A DNA stretch of 64,000 nt from Candidatus Poribacteria bacterium (lineage in GTDB: Bacteria > Poribacteria > WGA-4E > WGA-3G). Below, in pieces: positions 42,217-52,281 of the stretch. The notes under the pieces were generated by a model. The model did not search any database and was not told the origin of the DNA. It worked only from the letters and a program-made list of their open reading frames with translations. Where the stretch lies: the NCBI GenBank assembly GCA_963663765.2, contig CAXXUA010000004.1, positions 1,088,001 through 1,152,000 of the forward strand. Direction: 5' to 3'. Each line of letters opens with the position of its first letter. Positions within the stretch are counted from its first letter, which is position 1. The position numbers and the translations under genes were made by a program.

Positions 42217-42381
42217 CAGGACTTACGCACCCAACGGTAGGCGTGCTTTGTAGGCGGGGAATGCCAAAAGGCATTCATACCGTTGATTTCTTGATTTGGC
42301 GCTGGAAGCATAAATAATGTTGAAAATTACATCATTTTCATCACAATTCTTGATTAAATCATGAAAACTGCGTAAGTCCTG
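42217..42381. mobile_element. Family C MITE with one micro-element insertion (42256-42298)
   Basis: TIRs; compare with the empty form at 9108-9229. Confidence 0.8.
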
Positions 42382-42429
42382 TGTACGTTTTAAAATATCT
42401 TCCTTCATTGTATGAAGGTGATAGTTACG

Positions 42430-42828
42430 CTATAGAATTTCGACGACGGCACCGATGGCTTCAAGCTGCTCTTTGGTTTTCTCAGCATCTTCTTTGCTGA
42501 CACCCTCTTGGATGACAACAGGCGCAGATTCTACCTTCTCTTTTGCTTCCTTCAAACCGAGACCTGTTATGGAACGTACCTCTTTAATAACAGGAATTTT
42601 CTGTCCGCCGATCTCTTTGAGTTGGACATCAAATTCGGTTTTCTCTGCAGCTTCCTCTGCTTCCCCTTCTGGTGCTGCACCTACTGCTGGTACTGCCCCC
42701 GCCACTGCCATCGCAGGCATTGCAGAAGCACTCACACCGAATTTATCTTCCAGTGCTTTTACCAAATCAGAAAGTTCCAGAACCGTCATGCCACCTATTT
42801 CTTCTATCATTTTTTCTATATCTGCCAT
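42430..42828 (-). CDS. rplL: 50S ribosomal protein L7/L12
   Basis: [35 protein letters not shown]. Confidence 0.98.
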   Translation of the reverse strand: MADIEKMIEEIGGMTVLELSDLVKALEDKFGVSASAMPAMAVAGAVPAVGAAPEGEAEEAAEKTEFDVQLKEIGGQKIPVIKEVRSITGLGLKEAKEKVESAPVVIQEGVSKEDAEKTKEQLEAIGAVVEIL

Positions 42829-42861
42829 TGTTACTTCCTTTCTTATATAAAATAGTTTTGC

Positions 42862-43422
42862 CTATTCGGCTGTTTTTTTCTGTTCAGCGATCTGTGTCAA
42901 CACAGATGACACCTGACCAATTGTATTACTAAGTACATTCACAAAACTTGTCATTGGAGAACCATTCTTCAAGACGCCAACCAGACCATACAACGGCGCA
43001 CTGATTCCCCCAACAACCTGTCCAATCAATACCTCTTGCGAAGGCATATCCTTCAGGGCTTTCACACCGTTCGCGTCAACAACTTGCGAACCGAGAATCC
43101 CAGCTTTGATCTGTAAACTCTCATGGTCTTCAATAAAATCAAACAGTATTTTGGTGATAGTCGCAGGATCATCACTCGCTGCAAGTGCGGTGTTACCTAT
43201 TAAATAGGGCGCAAGTCCATCAATTTCTTTTTCTTGTGCAACAACATTAATTAACGTATTTTTGAAGACTTTATATTGGATATTCGCGGCACGCAATTGC
43301 TGACGTAATTCATTCACTTCAGTCACGTTCAATCCTTTAAAATCAGCTAAAAGAATAACATCTGAGTTTTCAAAAATCTCGCGAATCTGTCCTACCTGCT
43401 GAACATTCGCTTCATTCGGCAT
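42862..43422 (-). CDS. rplJ: 50S ribosomal protein L10
   Basis: DFKGLNV..LRQQLR..VFKNTL; gene order. Confidence 0.95.
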   Translation of the reverse strand: MPNEANVQQVGQIREIFENSDVILLADFKGLNVTEVNELRQQLRAANIQYKVFKNTLINVVAQEKEIDGLAPYLIGNTALAASDDPATITKILFDFIEDHESLQIKAGILGSQVVDANGVKALKDMPSQEVLIGQVVGGISAPLYGLVGVLKNGSPMTSFVNVLSNTIGQVSSVLTQIAEQKKTAE

Positions 43423-43459
43423 AAGTTAACTCCTTTCACATCTTGACAACTCCATTCAG

Positions 43460-43605
43460 AAATAGAAAAACCCCCAGAAAACTGGAGGTCTGACCAAACT
43501 ACGGTAGTCAAAAATCAAACTTCTTGCAATTGCAGGAAGTAACTTTTAACTATACCCGAGTCTCGGTAGGCAATTAAGCCAAAGCTCCTACTTTCTTCAA
43601 CTCTA
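43460..43605 (-). promoter_or_regulatory. Ribosomal protein L10 leader (autoregulatory RNA)
   Basis: TTGAAGAAAGTAGG...TTAA..CCTACCGAG motif upstream of rplJ plus a downstream hairpin/T-tract. Confidence 0.7.
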
Positions 43606-43691
43606 TTCTGTTGGATGGAATTTGTCGTTTAGTTCCTTTATTTATTATTCACTACGAATAGTGAAATGTCATACATGTTAAAATCCATGAC

Positions 43692-44390
43692 TTACAAAAA
43701 TTGCTGCGGATCAATTCGGATACCTGCACCCATCGTAGCGGATATTGAAACACTCCGAAGATAACGACCTTTTGTAGAAGCGGGTCGGGCATTTACCAGC
43801 ACATCCATAACAGTGGTAAGGTTATCCTTAATTTGCCCCTCTTCAAATGAGGTCTTGCCAATCGGCACATGAACGATGCCTGAAGTCCGTTCCACACGAT
43901 ACTCAATCTGTCCAGCTTTGATGCTCTGTAACGTGTCAGAAATATCCATTGTGACGGTGCCAGCCTTGGGATTAGGCATTAACCCACGCGGTCCCAAGAT
44001 TCTTCCCAACTTCGGCATGATACTCCGCATCAAGTCAGGTGTTGCAATTGTCGCATCAAAGTCAAGCCAACCATCAACAATTTTATCTACCAAGTCATCC
44101 GTTCCAACGAAGTCCGCTCCTGCTTCCTCCGCTTCACGTGCTTTGTCTCCTTCTGCAAACACCGCAACACGAACTGATTTACCAGTGCCGTGCGGAAGCG
44201 ATACTGTGCCTCGGATATTCTCCTCCGCTTTACGCGGATCCACACCCAGACGAGAGGCTAAATCAACTGTTTCATCAAACTTCGCAGTACTTGTCTTTTT
44301 CAATAGTGAAACAGCTTCATCAACAGAGTATAAACTGAGTCCGTCAACCTGCTCTTGAAATTCACTATATCGTTTACCTTTTTTCGCCAT
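43692..44390 (-). CDS. rplA: 50S ribosomal protein L1
   Basis: KFDETVD..LGVDPRK..LPHGTGK..GRILGPRGLMPNPKAGT. Confidence 0.98.
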   Translation of the reverse strand: MAKKGKRYSEFQEQVDGLSLYSVDEAVSLLKKTSTAKFDETVDLASRLGVDPRKAEENIRGTVSLPHGTGKSVRVAVFAEGDKAREAEEAGADFVGTDDLVDKIVDGWLDFDATIATPDLMRSIMPKLGRILGPRGLMPNPKAGTVTMDISDTLQSIKAGQIEYRVERTSGIVHVPIGKTSFEEGQIKDNLTTVMDVLVNARPASTKGRYLRSVSISATMGAGIRIDPQQFL

Positions 44391-44432
44391 ATTCCTCTCC
44401 AACTAATATCATTTATACAACTCAAAATTGTA

Positions 44433-44855
44433 TCATTGAATTGTTAAGCCCATACTCTTTGCTGTTCCCTCAACCATACGCATCGCTGCTTCTAAATCTG
44501 TCGTATTGAGATCAGGCAATTTCGTTTCGGCGATCTCTCGTATCTGATCTCTATTTATTGTTGCTACCTTGTTCCGATTTGGTTCGCCTGAACCTTTTGC
44601 TATTTTCGCTGCTGTTTTGAGTAACACCGCCGCCGGCGGAGATTTGACTACAAATGTAAAGGAACGATCACTATAGCATGTAATGATTGTCGTTACAATC
44701 ATACCGCTCTGTTGTTGTGTCTGGGCATTGAAGGATTTGATAAATTCCTGCAGGTTAATCATATAAGGCGCAAGACTCGGTCCAACCGGTGGTTGCGGCG
44801 TCGCCTGTCCAGATACCAATTGAAGTTTGACTTCACCTGCTACTTTTTTTGCCAT
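44433..44855 (-). CDS. rplK: 50S ribosomal protein L11
   Basis: [27 protein letters not shown]. Confidence 0.98.
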   Translation of the reverse strand: MAKKVAGEVKLQLVSGQATPQPPVGPSLAPYMINLQEFIKSFNAQTQQQSGMIVTTIITCYSDRSFTFVVKSPPAAVLLKTAAKIAKGSGEPNRNKVATINRDQIREIAETKLPDLNTTDLEAAMRMVEGTAKSMGLTIQ

Positions 44856-44884
44856 GTGTTAATTACTCCATATCTTCCAAAATA

Positions 44885-45457
44885 TTATAACCTTTCAACT
44901 CCCATGAAACCTAATTCAAGTGGCGTTGAACGTCCAAAAATTGTTATTGATAAATTCAATCGTTGACGTTGTGTATCAATCGCAAGTATCTCCGCTGTGA
45001 AAGAACTGAAAGGTCCTTCAATCACGCGAACTTTATCACCAACAGAATAAGTTATCTCAGGAATCGGTACATCTTCCTCAACCGTTGAACTTTCTAACAT
45101 ACGTTCTACATCTTCTGCACTGAGTGGACTCGGATTTGCGTTTCCCAGAAAATTCATGACACCCGGTGTCTCTTGAACAAATGCCCAACTCCTCTGACCA
45201 ATGTAATTTTCTACATGCGGTCCAATCTGATGCAAAGAGTTGATGAGCACATATCCCGGATACGTCGGTCCACTTCTCACTTTACGCTTACCATCTTCAT
45301 TCTTTACGGTCGTTGAAATAGGAACAGACACCTGCAAAATCTCCTCCTGCAGTTCCTTATCGGTATCAGAATCTGATGAAAGCCGCCTCTCAAGTGCAGT
45401 CTGTATTTTCTTTTCATGTCCAGTGTAGACCTGAACAATGTACCAATAACCAGTCAT
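44885..45457 (-). CDS. nusG: Transcription termination/antitermination factor NusG
   Basis: WYIVQVYTGHE, YPGYVL, KOW GDKVRVIEGPF, IFGRSTP. Confidence 0.95.
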   Translation of the reverse strand: MTGYWYIVQVYTGHEKKIQTALERRLSSDSDTDKELQEEILQVSVPISTTVKNEDGKRKVRSGPTYPGYVLINSLHQIGPHVENYIGQRSWAFVQETPGVMNFLGNANPSPLSAEDVERMLESSTVEEDVPIPEITYSVGDKVRVIEGPFSSFTAEILAIDTQRQRLNLSITIFGRSTPLELGFMGVERL

Positions 45458-45495
45458 GGATGATTCCCAAAATATAAAACAAATCGTTATTTAAT

Positions 45496-45870
45496 TTAGC
45501 GAAGAAAAAGCTCTCTTAAAAAGGACATACCAAAACCACTAAGTGTATCCGCGGGCTTAATAACGTAGTTACTCACAAGAACAACTAATAAAGGTATGCA
45601 GGCGATCAATGTATAATGTACTCTTCGGTTTTCAAAATCTTTACCAAGAAAGAATACTGCTAAAGGAATCACAATCAAAATCAAGTTGGCAGGCCAATCC
45701 CAAACCGGACTGACTGAACTACCATCTACTAACCACAGGAACACGCCTAACATCGCACTTGCAATTAACACTACAATCGTGCTACCGCGAACCTGTTCCA
45801 TGTCAGGTTTAGATACCTTTTGCCATTCTAAATGAATATTCTGAATATAGTTTCTTATACGTGCTATCAT
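45496..45870 (-). CDS. secE: Preprotein translocase subunit SecE (C-terminally extended)
   Basis: EWQKVSKP...STIVVL motif; position between tRNA-Trp and nusG. Confidence 0.8.
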   Translation of the reverse strand: MIARIRNYIQNIHLEWQKVSKPDMEQVRGSTIVVLIASAMLGVFLWLVDGSSVSPVWDWPANLILIVIPLAVFFLGKDFENRRVHYTLIACIPLLVVLVSNYVIKPADTLSGFGMSFLRELFLR

Positions 45871-45881
45871 ATTTACTAAGG

Positions 45882-45955
45882 CAGGCCAGGAGGGATTCGA
45901 ACCCCCAACATCCGGTTTTGGAGACCGGCGCTCTACCAGTTGGAGCTACTGGCCT
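45882..45955 (-). tRNA. tRNA-Trp(CCA)
   Basis: Cloverleaf; anticodon arm ccggt-ctCCAaa-accgg. Confidence 0.97.
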
Positions 45956-45966
45956 GTGGTATAAAA

Positions 45967-46119
45967 TTACCTTGTCTCCTTATGGAGTGTATGTTTCCGA
46001 CAGAAACGACAATACTTCTTGCGTTCATATCGATCCTGCTGTGTCCGACGATTACGCGTCGTAATATAATTGCGCCGCTTGCAATCATCACATGCTAAAG
46101 TTACAATGTCTCTGGGCAT
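45967..46119 (-). CDS. rpmG: 50S ribosomal protein L33 (Zn-ribbon type)
   Basis: Manual translation [50 protein letters not shown] (below the ORF-track cutoff). Confidence 0.95.
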   Translation of the reverse strand: MPRDIVTLACDDCKRRNYITTRNRRTQQDRYERKKYCRFCRKHTLHKETR

Positions 46120-46150
46120 CGTTTTTTACCCCCCTTCTTAATATCAGTGA

Positions 46151-46223
<73 letters not shown>

Positions 46224-46240
46224 AAACGTCCTAAGGTACA

Positions 46241-46313
46241 AGCGGGAGACGGGATTCGAACCCGCGACGCATGGCTTGGAAGGCCAATGCTCTACCAGCT
46301 GAGCTACTCCCGC
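46241..46313 (-). tRNA. tRNA-Gly(TCC)
   Basis: Cloverleaf; anticodon TCC. Confidence 0.97.
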
Positions 46314-46325
46314 AGAAAAAACCAA

Positions 46326-46407
46326 TGGGGGCGGACGGATTCGAACCGCCGTAGGCATAGCCAACAGATTTACAGTCTGCCCTTTTTGACCGCTCAAGCA
46401 CACCCCC
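46326..46407 (-). tRNA. tRNA-Tyr(GTA)
   Basis: Cloverleaf with long variable arm; anticodon GTA. Confidence 0.97.
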
Positions 46408-46415
46408 AAAATAGA

Positions 46416-46487
46416 AGCTGACGAGAGGAATCGAACCTCCAACCTAGTGATTACAAATCACTCGCTCTACCGTTGAGCCACGTCAGC
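46416..46487 (-). tRNA. tRNA-Thr(TGT)
   Basis: Cloverleaf; anticodon TGT. Confidence 0.97.
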
Positions 46488-46512
46488 ATTCAACCTTGTC
46501 TCTCTTCTATTA

Positions 46513-46958
46513 GTGATACTCACGACGAATAAAGTCGTGTGCTTCTTTGAAACACATAACTCTCCTCTGTGTGATTCCTGCTTCCGTCTCTCGTGCCTCT
46601 ATACTGAACTGCGCGAGGTCTTACTCGGACTCCAAAAGCGTTTATGCTCTCGGTATATCCTACCGCGAGGTAAAAGATTGATACGCACTCTGTATCTTAA
46701 TTTCCTTGATAATATAGCGTCTTGGGCGATGATGTCTACCGCAACTTGTCCCTCTGGGGATCCGCCAAGTTTTACTATAGGCACACTTCCCATAACTACG
46801 GTGCCAGTGGACTGCCTACTTGTTCGCAGTGTGGACTTCGGTTCGACATACGTTATTTCGCATTACGTTACAGAGCCTTGCTTGTCTCAAATAATTAAAA
46901 TACTCCCGCACGAGTTTACATTATTAGACCCAAGCCTAAAGACTTGGGATTGTCAGAT
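46513..46958 (-). mobile_element. Non-autonomous IS200/IS605 (TnpB-type) derivative with omega/reRNA-like right end
   Basis: Left-end hairpin CCCAAGTC-TTTA-GGCTTGGG; TnpB-tail-like AVGYTESINAFGVRVRP; GAAGCAGGAATC; right-end hairpin CACGAC-TTTATTC-GTCGTG ending TCAC. Left boundary approximate. Confidence 0.65.
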
Positions 46959-47001
46959 AATTCCCTTCATAAAACGGGTAACACCTCAAACTCTATTGAG
47001 G

Positions 47002-47066
47002 TAAGACCTACGCACAAAACGGTAAGCACACTTTGTGTAAGCACACTGAAAACTGCGTAAATCCTA
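47002..47066. mobile_element. Short degenerate family C MITE
   Basis: taagacctacgca...tgcgtaaatccta with 5-bp TSD tgagg. Confidence 0.65.
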
Positions 47067-47093
47067 TGAGGTAATTCAATATTCACCCCTTTA

Positions 47094-47122
47094 AGTATAC
47101 AAACTAAATTCACTATTGTCAA
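47094..47122 (-). promoter_or_regulatory. Sigma70-type promoter for the tRNA/r-protein operon
   Basis: TTGACA-17 bp-TATACT on the minus strand. Confidence 0.7.
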
Positions 47123-47182
47123 AAAAATATCTGATATGGATTGTCTATCGCAGCTGCGTAACAATTATCCCGTTCTTCAAAA

Positions 47183-47638
47183 TTATCCTGATTCTGTTGG
47201 TTCGGACTCAGAATCACCGTCATTGTTTTCCGATTCAGCAGTTTCAGACTCATCAGCAGTTTCAGACTCATCATCAGTTTCAGACTCATCAGCAGTTTCA
47301 GACTCATCAGCAGTTTCAGCCGCACTGTCACCAGAATCATCTCCACTATCTTCTACAGATTGTTCACCGTAAAGTTCAACTAAGTGATCCTCGCTATCAG
47401 ATTCAGAGGTAAAGAGTGCTGGTACTTCTTCCTGCGAAACTTTCGGATCAACCACATTATACGACAATTCTCCTGAAGACAACTCTTCTGTTGCTACAGT
47501 AATAGGTTTCTGATTCTGAGCGAAACCTGCTCCTAAAAGTTGGTCATTTAATGAACGCGCACGTTTTGCAATAACGTTTACTGCCAAATATTTATTCGGC
47601 ACATGCTTTATCAAATCTTCAAGGTAGACAATTGCCAT
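47183..47638 (-). CDS. rpoZ: RNA polymerase omega subunit with long acidic C-terminal tail
   Basis: NKYLAVNVIAKRARSL..KPITVATEEL; start MAIV after GGAG; 18-bp (ETADES)n repeat. Confidence 0.8.
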   Translation of the reverse strand: MAIVYLEDLIKHVPNKYLAVNVIAKRARSLNDQLLGAGFAQNQKPITVATEELSSGELSYNVVDPKVSQEEVPALFTSESDSEDHLVELYGEQSVEDSGDDSGDSAAETADESETADESETDDESETADESETAESENNDGDSESEPTESG

Positions 47639-47681
47639 TTGTATACTCCAATATGATTTTTTATGCATTACTCGTTGTATA

Positions 47682-47747
47682 ATTATACCAAAATTCTTGC
47701 TTGAAGTCAAATTAAATTTTGACATCTTCTCGGTTAAATGGTAGAAT
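47682..47747. promoter_or_regulatory. Back-to-back sigma70 promoters for rpoZ (minus) and mqnC (plus)
   Basis: Minus: TTGACT-17-TATAAT (47682-47710); plus: TTGACA-17-TAGAAT (47719-47747). Confidence 0.7.
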
Positions 47748-47784
47748 TGTAAAGACTAAAACTTCACAATTACAAGGAAATTAA

Positions 47785-48858
47785 ATGGGAATGCACAATA
47801 ACGTTAAATATATCTTGGAAAAAGCACTTGATGGGAAACGTTTAGACTTTGATGACGCACTAACCCTCTTTAAAAGTCATGATCTCCTTCCTTTAGGTCA
47901 TGCCGCTGATACTATCCGACAAAGAAAACACCCAGAAGGATACATTACTTATATTATAGATAGAAACATAAACTATACAAATTGGTGTTATGTTGATTGC
48001 GATTTCTGTGCATTTTATCGCCACCGAAAAGACCCCGATGCCTATGTAATGGAACGCGATCAACTCGGACAAAAAATACAAGAAACACTGGAGTTAGGCG
48101 GTGAACTCATTCTTATGCAAGGTGGACTCCACCCAAAACTCAAATTGGAGTGGTATGAAGATCTACTCCGATGGATAAAAGCGAACTACAAAATTCATAT
48201 ACACGGATTTTCTCCGCCAGAATTAGATTGGTTCGCCAAAATCAACAAAATGCCTTTACGTGAGATGCTCACACGACTACGTGATGCTGGTCTGGATTCT
48301 ATACCCGGAGGTGGAGCGGAAATCTTAACGGATCGCTCGCGGAACATCATCAGTCCTAAGAAATGCACCGCAGAGGAATGGCTTGAAGTGATGCGGCAAG
48401 GACACTACGTCAACCTCAAATCCAGTGCTACCATGATGTATGGACACGTAGAAAGTTACACAGAACGTGTTGAACATCTAATGAAATTGCGCGACCTGCA
48501 AGATGAAACAGGCGGATTCACAGCGTTTATCTGTTGGTCATTTCAACCCAGCAACACCGAACTTGCACACATCCCACCCGCAGGAAGTTACGAATACCTC
48601 AAAACATTAGCAATCTCACGCTTATTCTTAGATAACATTGATAACTTCCAATCATCGTGGGTTACACAAGGTCCCAAAATCGGACAACTCTCATTAAAGT
48701 TCGGAGCAAATGACATGGGAGGAACGATGATTGAAGAAAACGTCGTCAGCAAAGCAGGCACAGTTTATTGCATGCCAATTGAAGAAATAGAACGAACTAT
48801 CGCAGAATTGGGATATGTTCCAAAACGAAGAAACTTTTTCTATGACATTCTCAATTAA
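47785..48858 (+). CDS. mqnC: Cyclic dehypoxanthine futalosine synthase (radical SAM, futalosine menaquinone pathway)
   Basis: RNINYTNWCYVDCDFCAFYR, SIPGGGAEIL, QSSWVTQG, EENVV. Confidence 0.88.
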   Translation: MGMHNNVKYILEKALDGKRLDFDDALTLFKSHDLLPLGHAADTIRQRKHPEGYITYIIDRNINYTNWCYVDCDFCAFYRHRKDPDAYVMERDQLGQKIQETLELGGELILMQGGLHPKLKLEWYEDLLRWIKANYKIHIHGFSPPELDWFAKINKMPLREMLTRLRDAGLDSIPGGGAEILTDRSRNIISPKKCTAEEWLEVMRQGHYVNLKSSATMMYGHVESYTERVEHLMKLRDLQDETGGFTAFICWSFQPSNTELAHIPPAGSYEYLKTLAISRLFLDNIDNFQSSWVTQGPKIGQLSLKFGANDMGGTMIEENVVSKAGTVYCMPIEEIERTIAELGYVPKRRNFFYDILN

Positions 48859-50933
48859 CGATAGTCCTCATGAATCCAAACATTCGCTGCTAACGCCTTT
48901 TTCCTTGCACCAAGCCAATTAACATACGCATCACTTTTCTTACTATCAAGAAGTGTCTTATAACGTTTAACCTTCTGCGTAGGATCCATTTGGTACTCTT
49001 CAAAATCCGGTTCTACACGTTCAACTAATTCTATAATATAAGTTGAAGAATCCTCAGCAAATGGTCCCCTCACATCCCCAACAGACATTGTAAACGCAGC
49101 TAACATCACACCTCTCGCGTACCCCATACCAGAAATATAAGTACTTCCTGCCACAAGACCAAAAAGGTTGCTCTCTTGAACAGTCTTTTCAGCAATTGAT
49201 GTGCCTTCAGGTGCTATATACTTTTTGATTAACGCCTCCAATGACACACCTTCTGTCCGTTGATCTATCAACTTCTGAGCATCTGCGAAAGCACGCTCTT
49301 TTGACTTCTCTCGTTCAACATCGTCTATCACTTGTCGCTTAACATCTTCAAACTCAGGAATGCCTGGTGCTTTCTTACCAAGAAGCGTCACAACAAAAAT
49401 GGCAGAAACTTCATTTGTGTATCTTGCTTTCGTCTCAATAGTGTTTGTAACGCCTACCTCCATGTCAAAAACTTCCTCTAACAATCCTCTGTAAAGTGTA
49501 CTTGATATTACTGGCGGAATATCTACGCCATCTTTACTGAAAAAACCCGTTTCACCAGATTCAAGCGATAGATCCTTATATTTATCAAGTCCAATAGCAG
49601 TCTCATAATCCGCAACCTCAATCTCAAAAATCAAATCTTTCGCTACGGCTTCTGCTCCATCCACACCATCTATCTGGACCAGTTTATCCTTAATATCGCT
49701 TTCTACTACTGGGAAAGGTGTCACTAAGGCTGGTTGCTTTTCTTCCAATTGGATAATGTGATACCCGAATTTGCTTTCAACAAGATCACTTACTTCACCC
49801 GGTTGTAATACATCAAAACACGCTTCTGCAAAAGGCTTTACCGCATATCCGCGATCAAAATATTTACCCTCTGGCAAATGATCATAACTTCTACCCAACG
49901 CACCACCATCAACCGCACTACTATCCTCTGAATGCTTCTCAGCAAGGTCAGCAAATGTTGTACCTGCAGCCATTTCTTCTTTTACAGTTTTGAGTAGTTC
50001 TTCCGCAGCCGCTTTTGTTTCCGTTTTTTGTTCATCGGTGGCATCGTCTGGGAACTTTTTCAAAATATGTCGTGCTTTGACTAATTCAGGGTTCATGAAG
50101 ATGTTCTGATTATTTGTGTAATACTGTTCAATAGTTGCCTGTGTAACAAAATGCTCAGGATTAACATTGATATAACGGATATTTACCTGCTCTTCGGTTG
50201 CATAGTCTTCCTTGTTTTCTTGGAAGTACTTATCAATCTCTGCTTTGTTTTCTTGGAAGTACTTATCAATATCTACATCCTCTACATCCTCTACATCCTC
50301 TACATCCTCTACATCCTCTACATCCTCTACATCCTCTACATCCTCTACATCCTCTACATCCTCTACATCCTCTGCATCAAAGGTTTTTTCGTAATCGCTG
50401 TGTCGAAATTCAATGAATTTCACCTTTGCTTTGTTCGCCTCAAGTTGATAATCCTGTTCCGCTTCAGTGTCAGTAACTAATTCAAGGCTTTGGATACCAT
50501 CTCGTAGTGAAGACGTACTGAGTTGATATCTATAGAAATCCAGCACATCAGGTCCGAATTGATTATATGTTAATACCCGGTTTTCATCACTTCGGATATA
50601 ATGCATTACCTCAGAATCGGTGATATTCGCACTACCTTCAATGATCCTTGTTATATAACTATTAATTAATTGCTTTTGTATCGCTTTCCGATCTGGTTCC
50701 GCACCAAACCTTGGGTTCTGTTGCTGTTGGCGTACTACTTGTGAAATACGATCTTCAAAAACCCTTCTTGTAACTTCCAATGTGTCAAGCTTGAGTACAA
50801 CTTCGTCTTCAGTTCCCGTATTCTGTTGACCACCAGAACCACCATACAACATTATGGTACCAATAATGAAGACAACAGCAATTATCCACATAAATATCTG
50901 TGCTATGAATTTTTCACGTAGAAAAATAATCAT
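48855..50933 (-). CDS. PpiD/SurA-like parvulin peptidyl-prolyl isomerase
   Basis: N-terminal TM, ARHIL..FADLAEKHSED..GGALG..ESKFGYHIIQ rotamase. Confidence 0.85.
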   Translation of the reverse strand: MIIFLREKFIAQIFMWIIAVVFIIGTIMLYGGSGGQQNTGTEDEVVLKLDTLEVTRRVFEDRISQVVRQQQQNPRFGAEPDRKAIQKQLINSYITRIIEGSANITDSEVMHYIRSDENRVLTYNQFGPDVLDFYRYQLSTSSLRDGIQSLELVTDTEAEQDYQLEANKAKVKFIEFRHSDYEKTFDAEDVEDVEDVEDVEDVEDVEDVEDVEDVEDVEDVDIDKYFQENKAEIDKYFQENKEDYATEEQVNIRYINVNPEHFVTQATIEQYYTNNQNIFMNPELVKARHILKKFPDDATDEQKTETKAAAEELLKTVKEEMAAGTTFADLAEKHSEDSSAVDGGALGRSYDHLPEGKYFDRGYAVKPFAEACFDVLQPGEVSDLVESKFGYHIIQLEEKQPALVTPFPVVESDIKDKLVQIDGVDGAEAVAKDLIFEIEVADYETAIGLDKYKDLSLESGETGFFSKDGVDIPPVISSTLYRGLLEEVFDMEVGVTNTIETKARYTNEVSAIFVVTLLGKKAPGIPEFEDVKRQVIDDVEREKSKERAFADAQKLIDQRTEGVSLEALIKKYIAPEGTSIAEKTVQESNLFGLVAGSTYISGMGYARGVMLAAFTMSVGDVRGPFAEDSSTYIIELVERVEPDFEEYQMDPTQKVKRYKTLLDSKKSDAYVNWLGARKKALAANVWIHEDYR
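50272..50370. repeat. In-frame 9-bp VNTR (tctacatcc x11) encoding (EDV)n
   Basis: Direct reading. Confidence 0.95.
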
Positions 50934-51143
50934 TCGTAACGTTTTCTCCTCAATTTGTTTTATCCTGCGTTAAATGATACCCTATTACAACGCATTTTTC
51001 AATATTTTTTTGTTACAATGTTGAATTTTGAGAATAAATCCACTTTTTCTAAAAAGGAGAGCAAGTGAGGGTTATCTTCATTCCCCTCACTTGCGGGGTT
51101 GTTCGGGGGTATAAAAAGGCAAGCACCCAATACAGATGCTTGA

Positions 51144-51922
51144 CCTATTGGTAGGAGCGACCTCCCGGTCGCGACAGTAAGGATACAATAAACAGAAAAC
51201 GCGGAATGTGTTTATTATACATCATTACCCTATTGGTAGGAGCGACCTCCCGGTCGCGACAGTAAGGATACAATGAATCAAAACGGACGCGACAAGCAGG
51301 TCGATCCTACCAACGCAGGACACGGTCGCGACCGGGAGGTCGCTCCTACCAGTGCAAGTGTGTAATTAATTCCATAATTTACCATAAATAACCCTGGGAT
51401 TGATGGACGTGTAACGACTTGGCAGATGTGTTGACAAAATCGCAGCTTACGCGGATAAAACAGGAACCTTACGCATTATGTCTGAATCACACAGGAAACA
51501 GAAAACGCGGAATGTGTTGATTATACATCATTACCCTATTGGTAGGAGCGACCTCCCGGTCGCGACAGTAAGGATACAATAAACAGAAAACGCGGAATGT
51601 GTTTATTATACATCATTACCCTATTGGTAGGAGCGACCTCCCGGTCGCGACAGTAAGGATACAATGAATCAAAACGGACGCGACAAGCAGGTCGATCCTA
51701 CCAACGCAGGACACGGTCGCGACCGGGAGGTCGCTCCTACCAACGCAGGACACGGTCGCGACCGGGAGGTCGCTCCTACCAACGTAGGACACGGTCGCGA
51801 CCGGGAGGTCGCTCCTACCAACGTAGGACACGGTCGCGACCGGGAGGTCGCTCCTACCAACGCAGGGCACGGTCGCGATTTTCTCAGGAAACAGCTAAAA
51901 TGCCTAAAACTAAATAACCCTG
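51144..51922. repeat. GTAGGAGCGACCTCCCGGTCGCGA REP cluster with direct duplications and a 39-bp tandem array
   Basis: Duplicated ~87-bp units; 39-bp units at ~51700-51878; family B right end at 51906-51922. Confidence 0.85.
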
Positions 51923-51929
51923 GATAAAC

Positions 51930-52141
51930 CTAGGAGACCTTGGCGTGGTAATAGAGAAGTGTTAGATGAGTTACTGTGGGTGTTGCGAACAGGAGATCCC
52001 TGGCGGGATTTACCAGAAAAGAATCCACCCTATCAAACCTATCATCGTCGTTTTCAGCAATGGTCAGCTGAAAATTATTTAGGTTTTGTACTTCTTGCTT
52101 GCATACGTTATGTCACTAAAATATTTATGAGATACGCTGTA
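51930..52141 (+). pseudogene. Internally deleted IS5-family transposase remnant
   Basis: LWVLRTGDPWRDLPE..YQTYHRRFQQW (N-terminal part) joined directly to AENYLGFVLLACI (C-terminal part), then TIR-like ttatgagatacgctgta. Confidence 0.75.
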
Positions 52142-52281
52142 GATGTTTCTGAGTTTCATCGTTAGAACTTCCTCGAATGCTGTAGGACACGCACTTTTCC
52201 TTGACGTAGACGTTTACTTTCTTGAATCAAGACTGTCCAAAAACTACGGAGCTCCTCCTGTTGCTTCCATAACACCTCTAA

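Noticed and set aside
46513-47004. 163-aa plus-strand ORF; group I intron (IStron), RNase P or tmRNA
   Set aside because: The ORF has no recognisable motif or RBS. I found no P7 (GACUA/UAGUC) core, RNase P GAGGAAAGUCC motif or tmRNA tRNA-like ends.
50151-50480. (ILY)n / (LHP)n / (STS)n ORFs
   Set aside because: Antisense readings of the 9-bp VNTR in the PPIase gene.
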